NCBI GenBank assembly: GCA_027459745.1
Contig: DAIDHL010000001.1
Span: forward strand, 77,828-141,827
Direction: 5' to 3'
DNA length: 64,000 bases
DNA from: Candidatus Levyibacteriota bacterium
GTDB lineage: Bacteria; Patescibacteriota; Microgenomatia; Levybacterales; UBA12049
Part shown: positions 53,771-63,143 of the stretch, one piece after another
How the letters are laid out: each line of letters opens with the position of its first letter
Position numbering within the stretch: position 1 is the first letter of the stretch
Translations under genes and position numbers: made by a program
Notes under the pieces: model-generated
The model's input: the letters and a program-made list of their open reading frames with translations, nothing else
What the model was told of the DNA's origin: nothing
Databases searched by the model: none

Positions 53771-54774
53771 AAATTATATTTTTAACTAGATTATATTTTC
53801 CCAAAATAGGAGGTGTAGAGAAACATGTTTATGAAATAAGTAAAAGACTATTAAAAAAAGGGCATAAGATAGTAATTATTACAGAGAATAACGGTTGGGA
53901 AGAACGTGAAAATATAGATGGAATTGAAATTATTAGAATCAATGTAGGAAAAAATGATTGGTTCAAAAAATTTAGAATTTGGCGAGAAATATGGAAATTA
54001 AAAACAGTTTTAAAAACAGCAGATATCATTCATTGTCATGATGTATTCTTTTGGATTTTGCCGTATAAGTTATTTTTGCATGATAAAAAAATATTTATTA
54101 CTTTTCATGGATATGAAAATTATCCCATACGTTACACAGCTATTATACATAGAAAAATAGCAGAAAAGCTTACACGAGGAAATATCTGCATAGGTGATTT
54201 TATTTCTAAGTGGTATGGTACAAAACCTAGTTTAGTTTCATATGGGGGAGTTCAAAAGTCTTATGTGGGTTCAACCAATAATCCTAAATACACTGCAATT
54301 TTTTGGGGAAGACTTGACGAACAGACAAGTATTAAATCATATTTGAACATTGTTAAGATAATACAAAAAAACATTAAACATTTTTCACTATTGATTATTG
54401 GCGAGGGTAAATATAAGAAAGAAGTTATAAAACATGCTAAAGTTATAGGTTTTACACCGGATATAAATAGATACTTATCTATTTCAAAATACGCGCTGGC
54501 GTCAAGATATTTGTCTATGTTAGAGGCAATGATATCAAAAAAACTCGTTTTTGCAATGTATGATAATAATCTTAAAAAAGACTATTTGCTTTTAAGTCCA
54601 TTTGCTAACCATGTAATAGTTAAAAATAATGTAAATGAAATGGCAGAACAGATTATTTATTATATTAATCATCCGAATGAAGAAAAAATAAAAGTAGAAA
54701 ATGCTTATAAATGGGCTGCTAAACAAACTTGGGAAAAAGTAGTTGAGAAATATATATTTCTTTGGAACTTATGA
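53767..54774 (+). CDS. Glycosyltransferase family 4 (GT-B fold)
   Basis: N-terminal IIFLTRLYFPKIGGVEKHV and a C-terminal EX7E-type region. Overlaps the upstream stop (ATGA). Confidence 0.75.
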   Translation: MKIIFLTRLYFPKIGGVEKHVYEISKRLLKKGHKIVIITENNGWEERENIDGIEIIRINVGKNDWFKKFRIWREIWKLKTVLKTADIIHCHDVFFWILPYKLFLHDKKIFITFHGYENYPIRYTAIIHRKIAEKLTRGNICIGDFISKWYGTKPSLVSYGGVQKSYVGSTNNPKYTAIFWGRLDEQTSIKSYLNIVKIIQKNIKHFSLLIIGEGKYKKEVIKHAKVIGFTPDINRYLSISKYALASRYLSMLEAMISKKLVFAMYDNNLKKDYLLLSPFANHVIVKNNVNEMAEQIIYYINHPNEEKIKVENAYKWAAKQTWEKVVEKYIFLWNL

Positions 54775-56579
54775 TAACTCAACCTTATAAAATGGTTATT
54801 ATTAATATTTTTGCTGGATTATTTGTCGCTTCAGTTTTAATATTGTATAGAATATTTAAAAAAAAGTACCCTCCTAATCTTTTTCTTCTTTTTTTTATAT
54901 CATTACTTCCTTTGATAAGTCTTCTAAGAGCAGGTCCATATCAAAGCGGGGATTTCAATATAAACATATATAAAACTATGGATTTTTATTATTCATTAAC
55001 TAATGGCATTTGGTTTCCACATTGGGCGTCAATTTTGAATGCAACCTATGGTTATCCTTTATTTAATTTTACCTATCCACTTCCTTATTATTTAATTTCG
55101 TTCATTCATTTTTTAGATATATCTTATATTAATAGCTTAAAAGTATTTCTTGGATTATCATTTGTTTTTTCTGGAATAAGCATATATTTGTGGATAAAAG
55201 ATGAAATTAATAAAAAAGCAGCTTTAGTATCCTCCATTTTTTATTTATACATGCCCTACCACTTAGTAGACAACAATTTTAGGATAAGTATTGGTGAAAT
55301 AATGTCATTTATTTTCATTCCTATCATTTTTCTAAGTTTCAGAAAAATAATACAAAGATTTAGGATAATTTGGTTTTTAACCTCATTATTTAGTGTCTCT
55401 TTACTACTACTTTGCAATCAAGCTATAGCATTGGTATTTGTGCCATTATTAATTATATACATACTATTTCAAACTTATATTCAAGAAAAAAATATTATAA
55501 AGACTACTTGCATTTCATTGCTAACATTATTAATAGGTCTAAGTCTCGCAGCCTACTATTGGTTGCCAGTATTATATGAGCTACGATATACACATGAATC
55601 TTTATATGTCTTATCTATTCAATACGTAAATTTCTTTCAATTAATTTATGCGCCATGGAGATATGGTTTGTTATTTCAAGGCCCACATGGTGAACTATCA
55701 TTTTTAGTGGGGTACGCTCAAATATTGACATTAATAATACTTATATATTTGATATCTCGAAAAAAAATAAGGGGTAAAGTTAAATATATTAGTTATTTTT
55801 ACTTAATATTAACATTTTTTCTTTGTTTTATGATGTTACCTCAATCTAGTTTTATTTGGCAAAATGTATCTATATTAAAAAATTTTCAATTTACTTATAG
55901 ATTATTACTCCTGGTCGGAGTGTTTACCTCTTATGCTGCTGGTTTAGTATCAAAATATCTAAGTAATAAAGTAATAATTACATTGTGTATGTTCGCAATT
56001 ATTTCAACAATTTTAAATTGGGGGAATCGATCAACGTTACCATTAGTCACTGAAAGAGATATTATGGCTAATTTACCTTATTCAACATATCAAGGAGAGG
56101 GTTTTCAACCAGCAGCACCTATTTGGGTCAATCCTGAGCATCCATGGCAAAAAAATGTACCACAGAATCATTTAGAACTAATCTCAGGGAGTGCCATAAT
56201 TACACCTTTATTTAGAAATCCCATAGAACATAATTACAAGGTTAAGGTTATAACAACATCTGTGTTTCTAGAGAACACAATATATTTTCCTGGCTGGAAT
56301 TTATTTGCAAATGGAAAGAAAATATCGTTATATTATAATTATAAAAAAAATGAGGGTGTTATAACATTTAGTCTTCCACGAGGGGTGTATTATTTGTCAA
56401 TGCTTTTCAAGCCGACAGCAATTCATGTAATAGCGAATGATATAAGTCTACTAACTATAGTTATTATTCTAACTCTATTTTTTTGCAAAATACTTGCCGA
56501 TTTTATTATTCCAAAGAAATTTTTGTTTAGGAGAGCTATAATACTCAATTATTTGCTTAAAATTCTCCGCAAATATTAA
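54762..56579 (+). CDS. Large polytopic membrane protein (Wzy/YfhO-like polymerase or GT-C-like), unknown
   Basis: 605 aa with at least 12 TM. Sits within the glycosylation cluster. Confidence 0.6.
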   Translation: MELMITQPYKMVIINIFAGLFVASVLILYRIFKKKYPPNLFLLFFISLLPLISLLRAGPYQSGDFNINIYKTMDFYYSLTNGIWFPHWASILNATYGYPLFNFTYPLPYYLISFIHFLDISYINSLKVFLGLSFVFSGISIYLWIKDEINKKAALVSSIFYLYMPYHLVDNNFRISIGEIMSFIFIPIIFLSFRKIIQRFRIIWFLTSLFSVSLLLLCNQAIALVFVPLLIIYILFQTYIQEKNIIKTTCISLLTLLIGLSLAAYYWLPVLYELRYTHESLYVLSIQYVNFFQLIYAPWRYGLLFQGPHGELSFLVGYAQILTLIILIYLISRKKIRGKVKYISYFYLILTFFLCFMMLPQSSFIWQNVSILKNFQFTYRLLLLVGVFTSYAAGLVSKYLSNKVIITLCMFAIISTILNWGNRSTLPLVTERDIMANLPYSTYQGEGFQPAAPIWVNPEHPWQKNVPQNHLELISGSAIITPLFRNPIEHNYKVKVITTSVFLENTIYFPGWNLFANGKKISLYYNYKKNEGVITFSLPRGVYYLSMLFKPTAIHVIANDISLLTIVIILTLFFCKILADFIIPKKFLFRRAIILNYLLKILRKY

Positions 56580-57560
56580 AAATGGCCAGATAAGAGTTTG
56601 TAACAGCACTCTATCAAAAGAAGAACTAACATAAGCTGCTGTATCATATGACGCAAATAAGTAATTAACAATATATAAAAGTAAAGTGGTTAGATATAAA
56701 GGAACAATTATCGATTTTACTTTTTTATTTGCTTTATTTATAAAAGGCAACATAAATACAAATAATATCCAAAAAATATACCAATTATTAACCTTGACAA
56801 GTTCTTTTCCAAAATAGATTATAATTACATATATACGTAACATCAAAAAACTCAATGAATAAAAATGATAATATAAATCTGTGGGGATTTTGAGCAAATA
56901 AATCACAACTTGCCATATAATAAACGGGATAAAACTTATTACAAACGCTGTTAATTTGTTTTTTAATGTAATAGGTAAAAAAAGCAAAAATAAAGACAGA
57001 AATAGTCCTTCTGATTTAATTTGTGAAACTAACATAATTAATAAAACCAATAGCCACAAATATTTATTTACATTTTTTACGTTATAAATAAAATAAGCAA
57101 AAATTACATTTGCAAATAAAATAAAAATATCTACTTGTCCAGCGAATCTTCCTCCTTCAGCGAGTAAGGGAGAGAACATAGAAAAGATATATGTAAATAG
57201 AAGTGCAAAAAGATCATTAAATATTTGTTTTAAAATAAAATATAGCAAAATCAAAATTGTTGAATAAATAATAGGGTAAATAAGAAATATAAACTTTTCA
57301 TTAATTCCTCCAAGTAAGACATAAATCAAACTTACTAAAAAAGGAAAACCTAAAGGGTATTGCTGGTGAGAATATAAATAAACATGGTTATGTAGGAAAA
57401 AATATGGGAAACCATGTTCAACATAAAATGCTTTGGCTTTGAGAAACCATATTCCTATGCCATCGATATTAGTAAAAGGTAGAACTAGTGACCCAGATAA
57501 AACATACAATATATTAATTGAAATTAAAAAAATTAAAATGTATTTTATTGCTTTGTGCAT
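56475..57560 (-). CDS. Polytopic membrane protein (O-antigen ligase/polymerase-like)
   Basis: 361 aa with about 10 TM. Its 3' end overlaps the 54762-56579 gene by 105 nt (convergent). Confidence 0.55.
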   Translation of the reverse strand: MHKAIKYILIFLISINILYVLSGSLVLPFTNIDGIGIWFLKAKAFYVEHGFPYFFLHNHVYLYSHQQYPLGFPFLVSLIYVLLGGINEKFIFLIYPIIYSTILILLYFILKQIFNDLFALLFTYIFSMFSPLLAEGGRFAGQVDIFILFANVIFAYFIYNVKNVNKYLWLLVLLIMLVSQIKSEGLFLSLFLLFLPITLKNKLTAFVISFIPFIIWQVVIYLLKIPTDLYYHFYSLSFLMLRIYVIIIYFGKELVKVNNWYIFWILFVFMLPFINKANKKVKSIIVPLYLTTLLLYIVNYLFASYDTAAYVSSSFDRVLLQTLIWPFLIFAENFKQIIEYYSSPKQKFLWNNKIGKYFAKK

Positions 57561-57820
57561 ATTTTGTCTAAATTTTGATAATTGTATAAGTATTTTTGTT
57601 CAAGTGGTTGATTAATAAAAGAAGAAAAAAGTTTATATTCTTTTTGACTAACAGTAAGATCTTCATTTACAATCCTATACACATATAGACATGACCTGAA
57701 AATAAGAAACATTATCCATAAAGTCACAAATAATAAAATCAAGAAGCTATAATATCTGTTTAAATCATAATTAAAAGAAAGGTTTAATATATTCTTAATA
57801 GAAGGTTTTATTCTGCTCAT
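57545..57820 (-). CDS. Small membrane protein, hypothetical
   Basis: 91 aa with one TM. Upstream of, and co-directional with, the membrane protein gene. Confidence 0.35.
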   Translation of the reverse strand: MSRIKPSIKNILNLSFNYDLNRYYSFLILLFVTLWIMFLIFRSCLYVYRIVNEDLTVSQKEYKLFSSFINQPLEQKYLYNYQNLDKICTKQ

Positions 57821-57853
57821 TTCCCAAATTATAACAAAAAATATGGTAGAGAA

Positions 57854-58819
57854 GTGTATAATTCATATATGTCTAACAAGCGTTTCACATTTATAGCAAC
57901 AGTCTTTAACGAAGCTGAAAATATAAATAAATTTTTAAATTCAATTTATCAACAAACATGCTTACCAGATGAAATTATTATAGTTGATGGTGGCTCGACA
58001 GATAATACAGTCAATATAATAAAGAAGATCTCCCAAAAGCATTCACTGAAGATAAAATTGTTAGAAAAAAGAGGAAATCGTTCTGTTGGAAGAAATTTAG
58101 CAGTAAAAAATGCCTCATGTGATATCATTTTATGTTCAGACGCAGGTTGCATTTTAGATAGAGATTGGGTAAAGAATATTACCAGACCGTTTACAGACAA
58201 TACTGTAGATATTGTAGCTGGATATTATCAAGGGCGGGCAAATACTATTTTTGAAAAATGTGTTATTCCATATGCCTTAGTCATGCCGGATCGTGTAAAT
58301 CCACATAATTTCTTACCTGCTACCCGTTCTATGGCATTCAGAAAAAGTGTCTGGAAACAATTACATGGTTTTGACGAAAGTCTATCTCATAATGAAGATT
58401 ATGCGTTTAGCCGACGGCTAGTAAAATATAAAAAGAAAATTATTTTTGTACAGAATGCTGTAGTTGAATGGTTACCGCCTCAGAATATTAAAACATTTAC
58501 AAAAATGATTTTTAGATTTGCCTTAGGCGATTCTCAGGCTGGAATTTTTCGACCTAAAGTGGGATTAATATTTTTGCGTTATTTACTTTTAATACTTCTT
58601 TTAATTAATTTAATGACGTATTCTAACATAGCTTTGTTAGTGTTTATTATAGCTGCGATATTATTCTATTTAATATGGTCTTTTTCTAAAAACTTTAAAT
58701 ACGTAAATGATCTTCGTGCATTATATATCTTACCTGTACTACAGGTTGTATCCGATCTCTCTGTAATTCTTGGAACATTATGGGGATCTATGTATTATTT
58801 AGAAAAAAAGAGCAAATAG
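57854..58819 (+). CDS. Glycosyltransferase family 2 with a C-terminal TM pair
   Basis: GT-A fold motifs FTFIATVFNEAENI and IIIVDGGSTDNT, and a DxD region (CSDAG). Confidence 0.8.
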   Translation: MYNSYMSNKRFTFIATVFNEAENINKFLNSIYQQTCLPDEIIIVDGGSTDNTVNIIKKISQKHSLKIKLLEKRGNRSVGRNLAVKNASCDIILCSDAGCILDRDWVKNITRPFTDNTVDIVAGYYQGRANTIFEKCVIPYALVMPDRVNPHNFLPATRSMAFRKSVWKQLHGFDESLSHNEDYAFSRRLVKYKKKIIFVQNAVVEWLPPQNIKTFTKMIFRFALGDSQAGIFRPKVGLIFLRYLLLILLLINLMTYSNIALLVFIIAAILFYLIWSFSKNFKYVNDLRALYILPVLQVVSDLSVILGTLWGSMYYLEKKSK

Positions 58820-58854
58820 GTACACTTTACGCTCGTTTCTGATACAATAAATAC

Positions 58855-60069
58855 ATGGGATATACAAAAAAGACCTTGTGGGGTGTATCTTGGACGGTAT
58901 CTTTACAAGGAGTTACCAAAGTCCTGGGTTTGGCAAAAATTTTAGTACTGGCTAGATTTTTAACTCCTGTACAATTTGGTGTCTTTGGTATTGCTTCTTT
59001 AATGCTTACGTTGCTTGAGACATTGACCGAAACAGGCGTTAATGTTTTTTTGGTACAAGAAAAAGATAATATTCGTGTACATTTAGATAGTGCCTGGATT
59101 GTATCCATCGGACGAGGTATAATTATTAGTTTGATTTTACTCTTATCAGCACCTTTTATTGCATCCTTCTTCCACTCTCCAGAAGCAACAATAGTGATCC
59201 TTTTGATCGGCATTGTTCCCTTTTTGCGTGGATTTATCAATCCTTCAGAGGTGATTTTTCAGAAAGAATTGCAGTTTAATAAAGAGTTTTATTTTCGTAC
59301 CGGACTATTAATAGTCGATGCTATAACTTCTATATCATTAGCCTTTATTACACATTCTGTTTTGAGCATAGTATTTGGGCAAATATTTAGTGTAATTGCA
59401 GAAGTAATAATATCATTTATCCTTTTTAAAGAAAAACCTAAATTTAAGATTCATGGCGAGTACATAAGTAAAATATTTCATCGAGGCAAATGGATAACCT
59501 TAGCAGGGGTGTTCAACTACTTTTTCTTAAATTTTGATGATTTTGTAGTAGGTAGATTATTAAACGCTACTCAATTGGGCTTTTATCAAATGGCTTATCG
59601 GTTTTCTGTTTATCCTATTATTCAACTATTTGATATGTTTGCCAAGGTTACGTTACCCGTGTACGTAAAGATCTCTGATGATATACATAGACTGAGAAGA
59701 GCATTTATTAGAACACTTATAACTATTGTAATAAGTATGCTATTTGCTTTGGTGATGTGGTCTATTGCTCCTTTGGCAGTAAAAATCATTTTAGGCTCAA
59801 ATTGGTTAGCAATTGTACCCATATTGAGGGTTTTACTTTTCGTAGCTGTAATGCGTGGCATATTTGGCTTAACTACGACTTTGTTATTTGCATTAAAAAA
59901 ACAAGAGTATGTGACTTTTGTAACATTTATTAACTTTTTAGCGATTGCTGTATTTATTTTTCCCATGGTAGCTCAATATGGCATAATAGGAGCTGCGTAT
60001 GCCGTATCCATAGGGTCTGTAATCGGTTTTGTCCCTCAAATATATTATATCTTCAGAGTTTTGCATTAA
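58855..60069 (+). CDS. wzx: Wzx-type flippase (polysaccharide transporter, MOP superfamily)
   Basis: 404 aa with about 12 TM. The N-terminus is typical of PST-family flippases. Confidence 0.7.
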   Translation: MGYTKKTLWGVSWTVSLQGVTKVLGLAKILVLARFLTPVQFGVFGIASLMLTLLETLTETGVNVFLVQEKDNIRVHLDSAWIVSIGRGIIISLILLLSAPFIASFFHSPEATIVILLIGIVPFLRGFINPSEVIFQKELQFNKEFYFRTGLLIVDAITSISLAFITHSVLSIVFGQIFSVIAEVIISFILFKEKPKFKIHGEYISKIFHRGKWITLAGVFNYFFLNFDDFVVGRLLNATQLGFYQMAYRFSVYPIIQLFDMFAKVTLPVYVKISDDIHRLRRAFIRTLITIVISMLFALVMWSIAPLAVKIILGSNWLAIVPILRVLLFVAVMRGIFGLTTTLLFALKKQEYVTFVTFINFLAIAVFIFPMVAQYGIIGAAYAVSIGSVIGFVPQIYYIFRVLH

Positions 60070-60078
60070 GATCAAGCT

Positions 60079-62259
60079 ATGACCCCCCAAATATCAATTA
60101 TAATCGTACATTATAAAGTAAAGAAACTTGTTTTTGATTGCGTTTGGTCGATTTTAAAAGTCAAATCAAACGTTAAATATGAGATTATTGTAGTTGATAA
60201 TGATGAAAAAAAAGAGATATACCCTGAGCTTATTAAAAAGTTTCCTCTTGTGGTGTATATAAAAAGTCCAGGTAACATTGGATATGGTGCAGGGATGAAT
60301 CTGGGAGCGAAGTATGCAAAAGGTAAATATTTATATATTCTGAACTCCGACACTGTGATTTTGCCTGGTTCTTTAGACAATCTAGTCAATTTTTTAGATA
60401 AACATGATGATTATGCTATTGCTGCGCCACAATTACTAGATAAAAAACACCATGTTTACGAGTTGCAAGGGGTCAGGAGGCTAACCTTTTTAAGGGCAAT
60501 CTTTGCATTGACTTTTATAAACAAATTTTTACCTAATAATTTGATTGCTAAAAATTATTGGATGAAAAAGTGGGATAAAAAACAAATTAAAAATGTTGAT
60601 GTAGTGCCAGGAACGGCTTTCGTTATAAAAAAAGATATTTATGAGAAAACAGGAGGATTTGATGAAAATTTCTTTTTATATTTTGAAGAATTTGATTTAT
60701 GTAACCGTGTAAAAGATTTAGGCTATAAAATAGGGATAATTCCAAGTAGTAAGATAATACATTTATGGGGACAATCTACTAAGCTTAATAAGCAAGTTAA
60801 TAAAATATTCATTCAAAGCAGAAGATATTATTTTAGTAAATATTACGGTAGGTTTTTATCCTGGATTTTAGAGAAAATATTAAACTTTTCCTTAGTTCAA
60901 ACAGAGATATTGCTCATTTTACTAATCGTAATTGGAATAAGAGTCTACAATTTACCTAAAACAACGTTTTTTATAGGTGATCAGGCATGGTTCTATTTAT
61001 CTGCAAGAGATTTATTAATCTCCCATATTATTCCATTAGTTGGGATCACCTCAAGTCATGTTTGGTTGCATCAAGGACCATTGTGGACTTATATCTTAGC
61101 GATTGGATTATTATTTTCTAATTTTAATCCTTTATCAGGGGCGGTGATATCTCTAATTACCGCTGTCGCAACAACATATTTACTATATAAGATAGGCAAA
61201 TGTTTTGTTAGTAATACTGTTGGAATTTTTGCAGCTTTATTCTATGCTATCTCGCCTTTAGCAATCATGTTTGATCGTATGCCATATCATACTACATTAA
61301 TTCCCTTGTCAGTAGCATTATTTGTTTGGTGTACTCTTAATTGGCTAAACAATAAAATTAATTACTTTCCCTGGGTTATATTTATGCTGGCTATTTTATA
61401 TAATTTAGAAATTTCAACCAGTTTATTTTTTATGGTGATAGGTTTTTTGATGTTTTACGGCTATAGAAAAAGAATGATTTGGTGGATAGGTTTAAACAAT
61501 GAAAGAATAAAAATTAAATCACTAATCCTGTTTATTATTCCTATGTCACCGATGTTGATTTACGATTTTGGACATGGTTTTCCTCAGACATTTGGTTATC
61601 TGGCTTGGGTCGTTTATAAAGTTAGTCAGATATTTAGCTTGCATCATTCAAGGAATATTATCAATTCTATAGAATTTCTTGTACGTTCTTATTACCAAAC
61701 AGTATTCCCAACCTATAGCTTAATAGGAGAGGCAATAGGATTGTTTAGTTTGATTTATTTAATTTATCTAGCTTATAGACAAAAAAGCATATTTTTAATT
61801 GTTAATTTATTTATTCTAACCACTTTAGTTCTTGGTTTTATCAGCGGAGGGGTCAATTCTGAAGCGTACTTGCCGATGTTTTTACCTATCATTTTTTTAA
61901 TAGAAGCATATTTATTTTTTAATGTAGGTTTACTAAATAAATATGTTAAACCAGTTTTATTTGTAATAATGATAGTTATAGCAATATTTAACATTAAGGC
62001 ATCCTTTACAGAAGTGCCATTTTATCCTGTAATTTCCTATGCGAATAGGTTGCAAGCTGCTAAGGAGATTATCAGGCAAACAGAGAACAGTAGTTATAGT
62101 TTAATAGGGACAGGCGAGGGAAGTCAGTTTGCTTCTTTTACAATGAACATGCAATATTTGACTTGGTGGCTAGGTAAGCCTGAAGAACCGCAAAATGCTA
62201 AAATAGAATTTATAATTAATGAGAATCACACATTAAATGTTACTAAGGTGATAAAATAA
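60079..62259 (+). CDS. Fusion protein: N-terminal GT2 (polyprenyl-phosphate sugar synthase-like) plus a C-terminal GT-C-fold membrane glycosyltransferase domain
   Basis: Residues 1-260 carry GT-A motifs (ISIIIVHYKV, IIVVDNDE, LNSDTV, FFLYFEEFDLCNR). Residues about 280-726 have 11-12 TM helices with a first-loop motif FIGDQAWFYLSARDL resembling the ArnT/PMT acidic loop. Confidence 0.7.
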   Translation: MTPQISIIIVHYKVKKLVFDCVWSILKVKSNVKYEIIVVDNDEKKEIYPELIKKFPLVVYIKSPGNIGYGAGMNLGAKYAKGKYLYILNSDTVILPGSLDNLVNFLDKHDDYAIAAPQLLDKKHHVYELQGVRRLTFLRAIFALTFINKFLPNNLIAKNYWMKKWDKKQIKNVDVVPGTAFVIKKDIYEKTGGFDENFFLYFEEFDLCNRVKDLGYKIGIIPSSKIIHLWGQSTKLNKQVNKIFIQSRRYYFSKYYGRFLSWILEKILNFSLVQTEILLILLIVIGIRVYNLPKTTFFIGDQAWFYLSARDLLISHIIPLVGITSSHVWLHQGPLWTYILAIGLLFSNFNPLSGAVISLITAVATTYLLYKIGKCFVSNTVGIFAALFYAISPLAIMFDRMPYHTTLIPLSVALFVWCTLNWLNNKINYFPWVIFMLAILYNLEISTSLFFMVIGFLMFYGYRKRMIWWIGLNNERIKIKSLILFIIPMSPMLIYDFGHGFPQTFGYLAWVVYKVSQIFSLHHSRNIINSIEFLVRSYYQTVFPTYSLIGEAIGLFSLIYLIYLAYRQKSIFLIVNLFILTTLVLGFISGGVNSEAYLPMFLPIIFLIEAYLFFNVGLLNKYVKPVLFVIMIVIAIFNIKASFTEVPFYPVISYANRLQAAKEIIRQTENSSYSLIGTGEGSQFASFTMNMQYLTWWLGKPEEPQNAKIEFIINENHTLNVTKVIK

Positions 62260-62263
62260 GACT

Positions 62264-63019
62264 ATGCAACAAGGTATTAGTGCAATCGTTTTAACTAAAA
62301 ATGAAGAAAAAACGCTTAAAAAATGCCTTGATTCAATCAAGTGGTGTGATGAGGTAATAGTGATTGATGATTTTTCAACTGATAATACTGTCAAAATTGC
62401 CAAGGAATTTAATACAAAAATATTCCAGCACGCATTAAATAAAAATTTCTCTCAGCAAAGAAATTTCGCTCTTACACAAGCGAATAATAACTGGGTATTT
62501 TTTGTTGATGCGGATGAAGAAGTGACATTATCCTTGCAATATGAAATAACTAATCAGATTAATAATCAATTTCAAGCTTTTGACGGGTATTATATAAAAA
62601 GAGTCGACGAAATGTGGCATAGAAAACTAAATTATGGTGAAGTAGGAAATGTTTTTATTCTTAGATTAGCTAAGAAAGATGCAGGCATATGGCATGGAAA
62701 AGTACATGAAGTTTGGAAAATAAAAGGAAAGACAAAAAAATTAGCAAATATCTTATTGCATTATCCTCACCCTACCATAAGTAGTTTTTTGTCAGAAGTA
62801 AATTATTATTCAAATCTGAGATCTGATGAATTAATTGATAAAAAAAAGAAAATATCTGCTTGGCAAATTATTACTTATCCCATCGGCAAATTTGTCTTTA
62901 ATTATATTTTAAAACTTGGCTTTCTAGACGGAATACCAGGACTAATTATTGCGATCATGATGAGCTTTCATTCTTATTTAGTACGAAGTAAAACATGGTT
63001 AAGGTATGAAAATAAATAA
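62264..63019 (+). CDS. Glycosyltransferase family 2
   Basis: ISAIVLTKNEEKTL and VIVIDDFSTDNT, plus a DAD motif. Confidence 0.8.
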   Translation: MQQGISAIVLTKNEEKTLKKCLDSIKWCDEVIVIDDFSTDNTVKIAKEFNTKIFQHALNKNFSQQRNFALTQANNNWVFFVDADEEVTLSLQYEITNQINNQFQAFDGYYIKRVDEMWHRKLNYGEVGNVFILRLAKKDAGIWHGKVHEVWKIKGKTKKLANILLHYPHPTISSFLSEVNYYSNLRSDELIDKKKKISAWQIITYPIGKFVFNYILKLGFLDGIPGLIIAIMMSFHSYLVRSKTWLRYENK

Positions 63020-63143
63020 ATATAACAGGATCATTTTTTTTATTGGACTTGCCTTATGGACTCTTTTTTGTCTAAGTTTATATTACATAAATTTATTTGA
63101 AAGAGTTAAGAATCTCAGTATCGTTTTAAAACATATTTAACTC

